Source: an uncultured Alphaproteobacteria bacterium (lineage in GTDB: Bacteria > Pseudomonadota > Alphaproteobacteria > Rs-D84). Taken from it: a DNA stretch of 64,000 nt. The notes under the pieces were generated by a model. It was not told the origin of the DNA. It ran no database searches and worked only from the letters and a program-made list of their open reading frames with translations. This document shows positions 19,221-29,744 of this stretch, piece by piece; the first letter of the stretch is position 1; every line of letters starts with the position of its first letter. The position numbers and the translations under genes are program-made. The stretch covers positions 11,268 through 75,267 of the forward strand of contig CAMRSV010000002.1 in NCBI GenBank assembly GCA_947053455.1, read 5' to 3'.

Positions 19221-20075
19221 TTATTTCCAGCAAACCTTTAAAATAGGCAAACAACCAAACAACCAAACATAATTACGTTTGATTTTTATCAGCGGAATTA
19301 TCCCAAACAAGCGTAATCTAAATACCGTTATATTCTTTTCATCAGAATGCAACATTTGATGATAATAATATGGGTATTCATTTCGTATCTCATACAGTAT
19401 GGTGCGGGTCTTTAACGCCATTAACTTACACTGTTTTATTGTTGTACGCTTTTCATGGCTGCGGTAACGAACCATGGTTTCTTGTATATTATAAAAATGA
19501 GTGACCCCCATTAAACGTGCCCATAGCTTATGATCTTCGGACGGGGAATAAAATTCCTCATATTTTATTTTGTTGGTATCTAAAATTGATTTGCGTATCA
19601 TTGAAGCACTGTGCGCAACACAACAATCACGCGTCAGGAACGTTTTTATATCAACATCATGTTCCGGTGTGTGCAAAATATTTTTCACAACATCACCGTT
19701 AAAATATTCCATAAATCCGGAAACAACGCCAACGTCCGGATTTGCATCCAGATATGCAACTTGCTTTTCCAATCGCGTCGGCATCGATATGTCATCATGG
19801 TCAAATATCGCCATGTATTCCCCGCACGCCAAATCTAATAATCTGTTGCGTGACGCACTAATGCCCATATTATGTGTATTCTTTATATATTTAATGCGAT
19901 TGTCTTTGTATGATGCAACAATTGTATCAAGTTCAGTATTTTCAGGACTGTCATTCAGTATCAAAAATTCAAAATCCGTAAATGTCTGATTTAGTATTGA
20001 TGCGATACATTCACGCAAATGTTCCGGATTTGTGTTATATATTGGCGTCAGTACAGATACCTTTGGCGGTTGCAT
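19221..20075 (-). CDS. GT2 glycosyltransferase
   Basis: VSVLTPIYN..LNDS..FDHDD; C-terminal LFGIIPLIKIK. Confidence 0.9.
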   Translation of the reverse strand: MQPPKVSVLTPIYNTNPEHLRECIASILNQTFTDFEFLILNDSPENTELDTIVASYKDNRIKYIKNTHNMGISASRNRLLDLACGEYMAIFDHDDISMPTRLEKQVAYLDANPDVGVVSGFMEYFNGDVVKNILHTPEHDVDIKTFLTRDCCVAHSASMIRKSILDTNKIKYEEFYSPSEDHKLWARLMGVTHFYNIQETMVRYRSHEKRTTIKQCKLMALKTRTILYEIRNEYPYYYHQMLHSDEKNITVFRLRLFGIIPLIKIKRNYVWLFGCLPILKVCWK

Positions 20076-20364
20076 CTTGTTTTGTCCCTTATTGCACAAA
20101 AATATGATGATGGGATATCAAAATTAGCAACATAGAAACGCCAATTCCGACAGTTTTTCGATACGCTGCCCCACCAACATACAAATCAAAAAGGTTAAAA
20201 CACCGTACAATTCAAACGGCATTTGTAAGCCCCTTTCAATTTGCTCATAAGCTTAACAAAAATCCAAGAAAAGTCAACATTATTTATTATACTTTTTTAA
20301 CACTGATTTTTTTCCTATAAAATGACGCCGCATTTCATGCAATTTAACATAAAATTTGAAACTT

Positions 20365-20445
20365 TGTTGCGCACAAAGAGATGGCGCACCCTCGCACTCC
20401 CCATTGGCAAGATCCGCGGCTGGCCAACTTCGCTACGCTCGCTTC
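20365..20445 (-). repeat. Degenerate tRNA-Gly-derived repeat unit
   Basis: GCGAGCGTAGCGAAGTTGGCCAGCCGCGGATCTTGCCAAT...TTTGTGCGCAACA retains the GCC anticodon-loop sequence; shares 26 nt with the next unit. Confidence 0.65.
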
Positions 20446-20495
20446 TCGCTTTCCTGAAAATAAAAAAATCCGACATTTGTCGGATTTTAAAACTT

Positions 20496-20578
20496 TGGTG
20501 CGAGCAAAGGGGCTCGAACCCTCGACCTCAACCTTGGCAAGGTTGCGCGGCTGGCCAACTTCGCTACGCTCTGCTCGC
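20496..20578 (-). repeat. tRNA-Gly-like copy with altered 5'/D region
   Basis: 20496-20548 is identical to the 3' 53 nt of tRNA-Gly (anticodon arm, T arm, CCA); D region replaced by GAGCGTAGCGAAGTTGGCCAGCCGCG. Confidence 0.8.
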
Positions 20579-20628
20579 TTGCTCAAAAAAAACAGTCCCG
20601 TCAAATAACAGGACTGTTTCTGAATATC

Positions 20629-20705
20629 TGGTGCGAGCAAAGGGGCTCGAACCCTCGACCTCAACCTTGGCAAGGTTGCGCTCTAGCCAACTGAGCTACG
20701 CTCGC
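20629..20705 (-). tRNA. tRNA-Gly(GCC)
   Basis: GCGAGCGTAGCTCAGTTGGCTAGAGCGCAACCTTGCCAAGGTTGAGGTCGAGGGTTCGAGCCCCTTTGCTCGCACCA; full cloverleaf with encoded CCA. Confidence 0.96.
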
Positions 20706-20749
20706 ACTGCAGGGATAATTCTTACATATATTTTTACCTATTGCAAGTA

Positions 20750-21034
20750 TTATTTTTGTTTTATTTTTCCAACGCCATAATACCTTATTGAATCCAATGC
20801 AAATTGCCGCTGCTGCAGTTCAAGTTCCTTTTGGCGGATATTTAATTCACGCTGCTTTAGCTCATTATTCACATAAATTCCATTCGCAATTGTCAACAGT
20901 GCAAATGTTGATAAAACCGCTGCACACGATATTATAGACAGACGTACGCCGCTTACATGCACATCTAATGTTTCTTTTATACGAACACCGACATCTGGCA
21001 TCTGTTCAATAACAGTGTGTATGCGATCCATCAT
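20750..21034 (-). CDS. Small hypothetical membrane protein (TM + short coiled coil)
   Basis: 94-aa ORF overlapping the upstream region; hydrophobic segment then KQRELNIRQKELELQQ. Confidence 0.55.
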   Translation of the reverse strand: MMDRIHTVIEQMPDVGVRIKETLDVHVSGVRLSIISCAAVLSTFALLTIANGIYVNNELKQRELNIRQKELELQQRQFALDSIRYYGVGKIKQK

Positions 21035-21056
21035 TTTGGACCCTTTTTACATTCTA

Positions 21057-22043
21057 TTATAACCATTTCCACGGCTGCAGAATCTTTAATAGACTGTATG
21101 CCGTGCGTTTGTCGACATATGTGTGACCACAACGTGGGCAAACTGCAAACGGACGCAACATAGCCTTGACCTTTTTGAACAGCATGAACCAAACCAACAG
21201 CCCCAGCAACCATGCCGCCGCAACCAGCCCCCATGCAACATAACCAAAGTATTTGTTTACAGTTCCGGTAATTACATTTATTACATCCACATTCGATTTT
21301 TCCAAATCGTTATAGATTTTTGTAGCAACCGGCCATGATGATGGACGCCATGGATAAACATGTTCAACATTGTAACGGGTCAGCAATGTCGTCCCCAGCC
21401 CCCCGGTATTTTTATCCAACTGTTTTTTGATTGCTTCGTCAATCATCTTGTCGAATTCCAGTTGCAACGTGGATGTCAAATCCTTTTCCACCTTGTCCAA
21501 TTTTTCATTTACCAATGCAGTGGTGTTATCAACCTTTGCAATGGCGGAATCTGCCTTGGCCACACTGTCATCAACTTTGTTCAGCGCCTTGTCAATGCCG
21601 CTGGTATTAACACCTAGTTTACCCGCAACCCCAGTCAGCTTTTTTACCCCCGCTGTTTTTTTCGCGACGGCGGTATTTGCCTGTTTCGCCTTGGCCGTGG
21701 TTTCAGAAACCTTGTCAACAGCGTTTGATGCCATCTTTACCTTGTCCACTGCAAATGCAATTGGCTTTTCCAAGTTAATCGCATCTTTTATCCCATCAAG
21801 CAGTTGTTCATACTGTTTTACAATATTTTGCTGCAAATCAAAGAACATGGACACAACGATTGATTTCTTTATCGGTTGGGAATATTTGTCCTTTACATGC
21901 AACGGCGCAATGATAACAAACGACAGCCACAATATCGACACAATCGCAAACACGCGCTTTGTCCATGTGATAAAAGAAGTCTTTTTTGCGACGGTTTTTG
22001 CGCCACCGTGGTCAATTACTTCTACTTGTTTTTTCTTGGGCAT
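21057..22043 (-). CDS. Hypothetical membrane protein with coiled coil and C-terminal CxxC
   Basis: SD AAGGAG before ATG 22043; two TMs flank a Lys/Ala helical region; VCPRCGH. Confidence 0.7.
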   Translation of the reverse strand: MPKKKQVEVIDHGGAKTVAKKTSFITWTKRVFAIVSILWLSFVIIAPLHVKDKYSQPIKKSIVVSMFFDLQQNIVKQYEQLLDGIKDAINLEKPIAFAVDKVKMASNAVDKVSETTAKAKQANTAVAKKTAGVKKLTGVAGKLGVNTSGIDKALNKVDDSVAKADSAIAKVDNTTALVNEKLDKVEKDLTSTLQLEFDKMIDEAIKKQLDKNTGGLGTTLLTRYNVEHVYPWRPSSWPVATKIYNDLEKSNVDVINVITGTVNKYFGYVAWGLVAAAWLLGLLVWFMLFKKVKAMLRPFAVCPRCGHTYVDKRTAYSLLKILQPWKWL

Positions 22044-22102
22044 ATAAAACTCCTTTTTTTGATAATATAACTTTAATAAATTATTCACATGAAATGCAAC
22101 AT

Positions 22103-22419
22103 TTATCTAATCTTGTCATTGAATTGAGAAATATATTCCGACACATACTGCAAAAACGCCGCATACATTTTGGTTTTTGCCTGGTGCGCCATTATCTGAT
22201 TGATGGCTCCATGATAAAAATCTGCCCGCGCGGGGTCATCAAACGCATATATTTCTGTGTGCGGTATCAAATCATAAGTGCGTCCATGGCTCAAATTAGA
22301 AACAAGTGCATAAACATAAAACTGTTTTCCTGCATTCTTGCGTGCGGTGGCGAAATAAATTTTATCCCTGTCATTTAAAATATGTACAGGTTCTTGATAC
22401 GGTGTTAATTTTATTTCCA

Positions 22420-22420
<1 letters not shown>
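22103..22420 (-). CDS. Hypothetical protein
   Basis: 105-aa ORF translationally coupled to the tgt stop. Confidence 0.6.
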
Positions 22421-23535
<1,115 letters not shown>

Positions 23536-24555
23536 TTATGCCCCCTTTTTGAATAATAGGCAACAATCCCCGTATGAGAAAAACCGGTATTTTTCCGCAA
23601 CTGCATGCGAATATGCGCGCTTCATTTCATCTAACCCCGCGAATGCAGACACCAACATAAATAGCGTTGATTTCGGCAAATGAAAGTTTGTCAGCAGAAC
23701 ATCCACGGCACGGAATTTATAACCCGGCGTAATGAATATATCCGTTGTTCGACAAAACGGCGCAACGCGCATACCAGGCGCAGCATCTGCCGCCGCAGAT
23801 TCCAATGTACGCATTGATGTTGTGCCAACCGCGATAACACGCGCTGCATTATTAATAATTTCAGCCTGCCCGGGTGTTATGCATGCCCATTCGCTGTGCA
23901 TTTTGTGCTGTGATAAATCCTCGGTCTTAACCGGCATCCAGGTACCCGCCCCGACATGCAGGGTGACGTTAACAATTTGGGCACCACGCGCACGAATTTC
24001 GTCCAACATTTCATTTGTGAAATGTAATCCAGCCGTCGGTGCCGCCATGGAACCGGTGGGACCAGCGTACACGGTCTGATATCGTTCGCGGTCTAAATCC
24101 TCTTGTGCGCGTTTCATATAAGGTGGCAATGGCATTTTCCCAACGCGTTCCAACACGTCAAACAAATTGTCGCAATTGAATTGTAGTTTAAGTCCGCTGT
24201 CATCATCACGCGCCAAGACGGTCGCAGTTGTCCCGTCATCCAGCGTGAGTGTCACGCCAATTTCAATTTTGTTAAATTTTTTGCACAGTCCCCACCACGT
24301 ACCGTCATCCGCCGCCGTATGCAGGGTAATTTCATGTCCAGACGCCATAAATCGCGCGGGGATAACACGCGAATTGTTAAATACGACCACATCGCCTGGG
24401 CGTAAAAATTCGATAAAATCGCGCACGCAGAAATCTGAAATTTCGCCATTGTTCGCAACCAGCATGCGTGATGCATCGCGCCGCGGCGCCGGATGCGACG
24501 CAATCAATTCCGGTGGCAATTCAAAATCAAAATCAGATGTGTGTAACATTGGCAA
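23536..24555 (-). CDS. queA: S-adenosylmethionine:tRNA ribosyltransferase-isomerase
   Basis: FDFELP, PLPPY, RYQTVYA, AAPTAGLHF, LHVGAGT, TNFHLPKSTL, FFSYGD. Confidence 0.97.
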   Translation of the reverse strand: MPMLHTSDFDFELPPELIASHPAPRRDASRMLVANNGEISDFCVRDFIEFLRPGDVVVFNNSRVIPARFMASGHEITLHTAADDGTWWGLCKKFNKIEIGVTLTLDDGTTATVLARDDDSGLKLQFNCDNLFDVLERVGKMPLPPYMKRAQEDLDRERYQTVYAGPTGSMAAPTAGLHFTNEMLDEIRARGAQIVNVTLHVGAGTWMPVKTEDLSQHKMHSEWACITPGQAEIINNAARVIAVGTTSMRTLESAAADAAPGMRVAPFCRTTDIFITPGYKFRAVDVLLTNFHLPKSTLFMLVSAFAGLDEMKRAYSHAVAEKYRFFSYGDCCLLFKKGA

Positions 24556-24558
24556 TGA

Positions 24559-24966
24559 TTATTTTGTTTTTTCCATTACCTTACGGATTGCCTCGCTTTG
24601 CAACTGTTTTTTTTGCATTGCCTCTTCTTCACATATTATGTCGTTCAAAGTACGACCATTAATAGTTCCAACACGCGAATATTCTCGGTTTTGATAACCA
24701 AGCCTAGTGTTTCTAACCTCACTATTCCATACACTATTAAAGCCGGAAAATGACAAAGTATCTCCTATATTTACCCGTCTATAGTATTTGGTTCCACTTG
24801 CGCGACCATCAAATTTAATCAACAATGTATCTTGTGAAGACTTAACATTTGTAAGAACTATTTTATTATCAGCTTTGCCGATAACAACGCCATTTTGCGT
24901 GCATCCACCGAACACCACCGGTGCACCAAACATTACTGTTGTAACAATTTTATGTTTCAAACTCAT
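24559..24966 (-). CDS. Putative lipoprotein (paralog of the adjacent gene)
   Basis: Signal/lipobox-like VFGGC; shares NIGDTL / INGRTLND with the neighbour. Confidence 0.6.
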   Translation of the reverse strand: MSLKHKIVTTVMFGAPVVFGGCTQNGVVIGKADNKIVLTNVKSSQDTLLIKFDGRASGTKYYRRVNIGDTLSFSGFNSVWNSEVRNTRLGYQNREYSRVGTINGRTLNDIICEEEAMQKKQLQSEAIRKVMEKTK

Positions 24967-24979
24967 ATTACTACCTTAA

Positions 24980-25369
24980 TTATTTTATTTTCGGCGTCAC
25001 CATACGCATAACGCTATCTAATATAGATTGTTCTTTTAATTCATTAAAACTTTTACCATTTACAGATTCAATATTATCAATGTTATTTTTTTCGCCGCGG
25101 CGATTGGCTACAACCAAGCGTTCATTTACGCTTCGGTGGCATTTTAGTGTATCGCCCACATTAATCGTATAATACTGATAATATCCGGGTGCATCAGGCA
25201 CAAAGCAAATCATATGCCGGTTTTCCGGATTGCCAACTTCATGAATAATGATTTTGTAATTTATCTTATGGTCAACAATAAATTTGGGCGAAGTATCCTC
25301 GCATCCCGTCAACATTGGCGCCACACATGTCGCCGCCATTAAAATTTTATTTTTTATATTCATTTGCAT
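24980..25369 (-). CDS. Putative lipoprotein (paralog of the adjacent gene)
   Basis: Lipobox LTGC; NVGDTL / VNGKSFNE. Confidence 0.6.
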   Translation of the reverse strand: MQMNIKNKILMAATCVAPMLTGCEDTSPKFIVDHKINYKIIIHEVGNPENRHMICFVPDAPGYYQYYTINVGDTLKCHRSVNERLVVANRRGEKNNIDNIESVNGKSFNELKEQSILDSVMRMVTPKIK

Positions 25370-25385
25370 CCCCTTTTATATGATT

Positions 25386-26279
25386 TTATTTCTTGAATTC
25401 CAAGCCTTGATCTACATAGTTTTCCGCACGGTTTTCCCAATCTGATTCCACGCGCACAAACAAATGCAGACGCGCATTTACACCCCATTGATTCTGAATA
25501 TCATGACGGGCGCTTGTACCTATTTGTTGTAACTGTGCACCACCGCGACCAATTACAATTTTCTTGTGTGCATCGCTTTGAACAACGATTTTCTGATAAA
25601 TATCTAAAACGCCATCGGAATCAACATCTACTTTTTCGGTAACAACATTAATGTGATACGGCAACTCTTGGTGAATATATTTATAAATCTTTTCACGCGT
25701 CAATTCGGACAGATACAGATTATCCGGCACATCAACACTATCTGCTGCGTCAAACAGATATGGCCCCGCCGGCATAACCGCCGCCAATGCGTCCAGCATT
25801 CCCGCAACCCCATCATTTTTTAGCGCAGAAATCATAAATATCTCGCGCCAATCGGCCATTTGGGACAATTCCGCCGCAATTGGCAACAAATCCTGTTTTT
25901 TTATGGCATCGGCTTTATTTAATGCAACAAACAAATTCGGTCTATTCTTTATTTTTTCAATCAAACCACGGATTGTGTCCGTCACGCCCTTTTGCGCATC
26001 CAAAATAAGCAACACCGCATCCGCGTCCGACAACGCATCCATGGCTGCCCCCACCATTGCACGATCCAGCCGTCGCGCAGGCTTGAATACACCCGGCGTA
26101 TCAACAAATATCAATTGACGGTCGCCGACCATTTTTACCGCACGAAAATTTGTACGTGTGGTTTGAACCTTGTGCGACACAATTGATACCTTACGCCCCA
26201 TAATTTGATTTAATAATGTGCTTTTGCCCGCATTTGTGGGGCCTATAATTGCAATAAATCCGGAATATGTCTGTTTCAT
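25386..26279 (-). CDS. era: GTPase Era
   Basis: GPTNAGKS, KVQTTR, DTPG, NKAD, KH domain VIGRGG. Confidence 0.95.
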   Translation of the reverse strand: MKQTYSGFIAIIGPTNAGKSTLLNQIMGRKVSIVSHKVQTTRTNFRAVKMVGDRQLIFVDTPGVFKPARRLDRAMVGAAMDALSDADAVLLILDAQKGVTDTIRGLIEKIKNRPNLFVALNKADAIKKQDLLPIAAELSQMADWREIFMISALKNDGVAGMLDALAAVMPAGPYLFDAADSVDVPDNLYLSELTREKIYKYIHQELPYHINVVTEKVDVDSDGVLDIYQKIVVQSDAHKKIVIGRGGAQLQQIGTSARHDIQNQWGVNARLHLFVRVESDWENRAENYVDQGLEFKK

Positions 26280-26375
26280 ACTTTGGAACATAGCACAGTT
26301 TTTAAAAAAGTAAATAAAAAACCTTGCAAAAGTTGTACTTTATTTTATTATTTGTCCACAAATAAGGATTTGCTC

Positions 26376-27389
26376 ATGAAAACCACTGATAATGATATGA
26401 ACACAGGATTTGGTGAAAAATGGAATTTGCGCTTTATGAATTTGGCCAAACATATATCAAATTGGTCCAAGGATGAAAGCACAAAGGTCGGATGCGTTAT
26501 TGTAGGACCGGGCAAGGAAATCCGCAGCCTGGGTTACAATGGTTTCCCACGTGGCGTTGATGACACGATTGCCGAACGCCAGTTACGTCCGCTAAAATAC
26601 GAATATTACGAACACGCCGAACGAAATGCGATATATAACGCCAACCTGTCGGGCAGTGCGCTGCGTGGATGTACACTTTACGTAACATTGCCGCCATGCC
26701 CCGACTGCGCCCGCGGAATAATCCAGTCCGGAATCCGGCATGTCTATTTCCTGAAACAGGAAGAAAAAAACAACAAAAATTTATCCGGCTGGCGCAAGAA
26801 TATTTGCCTTTCATTGGAAATGTTTGACGAGGCGGGCGTCAAATATACATCATTAAACCGTGAAAACGGGATATGCGATGTCCCGCTGAAAAAGCTGTTC
26901 AATCTAGTGCCGCAGTATAAATTGGATAATGTGTCGAACATCACAATTAACAAGTATGGCCACAATCATCAGATATCAATGTGTATCGAAGAACTGGGCG
27001 AATTATCAACGGAGCTGCTGCTGAACAATTCTGCTAAAAACACAGCGGCGGAAACCGCAGATGTATACATAACGTTAAATCACATAACATACGGGTATGA
27101 CATCCGTAAATCGGTTATCACCGCGCGCAACAACAAGATACAAAACCCACAATATCTAACACGGGATGATGAACGCCTGATATCATTTTTTGCATTACAA
27201 AAAGAACTGCTGAAAAACATCAACCGCGGCTTTGATAACATCCCAGAAATCATAAACAGAACCGCCGATGCATATGTTGCACTGATAAAATCTATTGTGG
27301 AACGCAATAATATGGTTCAGGTACGAAAAATCATACAATCTAAAATCGAACGAACAATTGAACGTGTAAAAACTGAAAAAGCTAAATAA
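26376..27389 (+). CDS. dCMP deaminase fused to a MazG-like helical domain
   Basis: SKD..KVG..GYNG..HAERNA..PCPDC (zinc deaminase); C-half IEELGEL..AETADV (MazG-like); SD AAGGA. Confidence 0.8.
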   Translation: MKTTDNDMNTGFGEKWNLRFMNLAKHISNWSKDESTKVGCVIVGPGKEIRSLGYNGFPRGVDDTIAERQLRPLKYEYYEHAERNAIYNANLSGSALRGCTLYVTLPPCPDCARGIIQSGIRHVYFLKQEEKNNKNLSGWRKNICLSLEMFDEAGVKYTSLNRENGICDVPLKKLFNLVPQYKLDNVSNITINKYGHNHQISMCIEELGELSTELLLNNSAKNTAAETADVYITLNHITYGYDIRKSVITARNNKIQNPQYLTRDDERLISFFALQKELLKNINRGFDNIPEIINRTADAYVALIKSIVERNNMVQVRKIIQSKIERTIERVKTEKAK

Positions 27390-27417
27390 AAACCGGCGTT
27401 ATGCCGGTTTTTATAAA

Positions 27418-28164
27418 TTAACGTTCCATATCATTTGTTTTCTTGTCTAATTTTTGCGTCCATTCGTTGTCCGGGAAATTCGTACGCAGCATTTTGGAAA
27501 ATCCTGCTGCCTGCTCCGGCAGGCCGATTGCCGTATAACACTCGGTCAGGCGGTACATCGCCTCTGGCGTCATAACGGTTTCTTGGGCGTCGGTAACAAC
27601 CGATTGCAGACGACTAATTGCGCTGGTCCAATTTTCGCGCGCCATATCGCGCCGTGCGGAATACATAATCTTGCCCGCGATATAGTTCTTCAAAATAATT
27701 ATTTTGTTTTTCGCATTTTCGGCATATTCAGATTTCGGAAACCGTTCAACCAATTGTTCAAACTGGGCCAGCGCATAGACCGACATTCCCGGCTCGCGCC
27801 GGACATCGCTTACCTGGCGATAATAACACATGCCACGCAAATACAGGACATATGGCACATCGCGATTCCCCGGGTGAAATCGCATAAAACGGTCAGCCGC
27901 TAAAATCGCCCCGGCAAAATCATCATCCATGTAATAAGAATACGCCGCCATAACCAGCGCATCGGCCGCCCATGGACTGGACGGGTATTGCGTTTCCGCC
28001 CGCAGAAAATCCGCCGCCGCGGCATCATAATTCTTTTTGTTAAATTCATTGTACGCCTGGGTATATATATCATCAAGCGGCTGTTCCGGGGCAATCTTCG
28101 TTTCCCCACCGCCGCATCCGGCCACCAGGCCACACACCGCAATTAACATCAGTATCTTTTTCAT
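27418..28164 (-). CDS. bamD: Outer membrane protein assembly factor BamD
   Basis: Lipobox VAGC; TPR motifs YPSSPWA, FHPGN..YVLYLRG, FPKSEYA. Confidence 0.9.
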   Translation of the reverse strand: MKKILMLIAVCGLVAGCGGGETKIAPEQPLDDIYTQAYNEFNKKNYDAAAADFLRAETQYPSSPWAADALVMAAYSYYMDDDFAGAILAADRFMRFHPGNRDVPYVLYLRGMCYYRQVSDVRREPGMSVYALAQFEQLVERFPKSEYAENAKNKIIILKNYIAGKIMYSARRDMARENWTSAISRLQSVVTDAQETVMTPEAMYRLTECYTAIGLPEQAAGFSKMLRTNFPDNEWTQKLDKKTNDMER

Positions 28165-28195
28165 TATAATCCTGCCTTGATTTTGTGTTTCAAAT

Positions 28196-29674
28196 ATGAG
28201 TATAATCGAAACCATGAAACTAGGCAAACATATTTTCGGCGTTGGCGCCATGACCGGCATCAGCCGTATATTTGGATTTATTCGCGACATGCTGATTGCG
28301 CGCGTACTCGGGGCGGGACGGTTAAGCGACATATTTCTGGCGGCATTCAAGTTGCCGAATTTATTCCGTGATTTGCTGGGCGAAGGGGCATTGTCCGCTA
28401 TATTCATCCCCATGTACACAGATTTGAAAAAAGACGATGAATTTGCCAAGAATGTTTTTTCATGGCTAATTACCGTATTATTGGGCATAACCATAGTATT
28501 TGAGATACTCATGCCATTGATTGTATGGATATTGGCTCCCGGATTCGACGCAGAGCCGGGAAAAATGGAAATGACCGTACTAATTTCCAGAATAATGTTC
28601 TTTTATGTAATATTCGTGTGTGGTTCGGCATTCTTGTCTGCGATACTTAACGCGTTTTCAAAGTTCTTATTGGCTGCGTTTATGCCGGTTATGCTGAACA
28701 TAATGCTGATATGCGCATTGTTGCTGGCGTCTACATGGACTGGTGGTATGGCACTGTACCTTATGGCGGGGACGGTTGTTCTGTCGGGGGTCGTGCAATT
28801 TGCAATTTTGTGGGCACGGGTACGGGCACGACACTTTGGCCTGCGCATTATCCGCCCCAGGTGGACACCCGGAATCAAACATCTGTTTCAGCGTCTGGGT
28901 ATCAGTATTGTCGGAAATGGATTTTATCAGATTACGATTATAATCGGCACACTGATTGCCAGTTTCCAAAATGGCGCTGTATCATGGCTGTATTACGCCG
29001 ACAGAATTGTGCAATTACCTTTTGCAATGATTGGATTGGCGGTGGGAACGGTGCTGATGTCGTCAATTTCAAACGCATTGGCGGAAAACAACATGCGCAG
29101 TGTTCATATTCAGCAGAATTCTTCGATGCGTCGGTCAATGATGCTGATATTACCGTGCGTGGCGGGTCTTTTTGTGCTGGCGCAGCCAATTATAAAATAC
29201 CTGTTTGAATACGGTGCGTGGACAACATCTGCAACTTCGGCGGTGGCCGCAGCCATCATGATTCAGGTATTCGTCCTGCCGGCGATGCTAATCAGCCAGA
29301 TTTATAGCAAAACGCTATATGCCGCCCAAGATGTCAAGACACCTGTAAAAACCAGCATGATTTCACTGGCGACGGCGGCAGTGATTTATTTGGCGCTGTT
29401 TCCGATACTGGGCTATTTGGCGATTCCCACCGGTGTTGTGGTCAGCGGATATCTTAAAAACTACCTGCTGGGGCGGGCATGCAAAAAACGCGGTCTGTTT
29501 AAAATGGATATGCGTTCAGTTCGCGCCATTGCGGCATTCGGACTGCTGGCCGCGGTGATGGGTGTTGGGCTGTGGTTTGTCCCAATTGACAGCATTTGGA
29601 CAATGCTGGCGGCAATTGGCGTATATGGGATAATATACCTGCCGATTGCATACGTTATCGACCGGAAATTATAG
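28196..29674 (+). CDS. murJ: Lipid II flippase MurJ
   Basis: SRIFGFIRD, AFKLPNLFR..GEGA, LYYADRIVQLP. Confidence 0.93.
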   Translation: MSIIETMKLGKHIFGVGAMTGISRIFGFIRDMLIARVLGAGRLSDIFLAAFKLPNLFRDLLGEGALSAIFIPMYTDLKKDDEFAKNVFSWLITVLLGITIVFEILMPLIVWILAPGFDAEPGKMEMTVLISRIMFFYVIFVCGSAFLSAILNAFSKFLLAAFMPVMLNIMLICALLLASTWTGGMALYLMAGTVVLSGVVQFAILWARVRARHFGLRIIRPRWTPGIKHLFQRLGISIVGNGFYQITIIIGTLIASFQNGAVSWLYYADRIVQLPFAMIGLAVGTVLMSSISNALAENNMRSVHIQQNSSMRRSMMLILPCVAGLFVLAQPIIKYLFEYGAWTTSATSAVAAAIMIQVFVLPAMLISQIYSKTLYAAQDVKTPVKTSMISLATAAVIYLALFPILGYLAIPTGVVVSGYLKNYLLGRACKKRGLFKMDMRSVRAIAAFGLLAAVMGVGLWFVPIDSIWTMLAAIGVYGIIYLPIAYVIDRKL

Positions 29675-29744
29675 ATAAAATAAAATTTGAAACCGGGGCT
29701 TTTTTATGATAAAATATAAATATTAAGAATGTAAGGAGTCCCAC

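Noticed and set aside
20124-20222. 32-aa minus-strand ORF (MPFELYGVLTFLICMLVG...) with an AAGGGG SD
   Set aside because: Too short and without a recognisable motif; cannot be supported without homologs or Ribo-seq.
20496-20705. Integrated prophage or island at tRNA-Gly (attL/attR)
   Set aside because: The duplicated 3' end is only 133 bp away and no integrase is present; treated as a tRNA-linked repeat instead.
28165-28512. Long N-terminal extension of the bamD ORF
   Set aside because: It overlaps murJ antisense; the lipoprotein signal starts at 28164.
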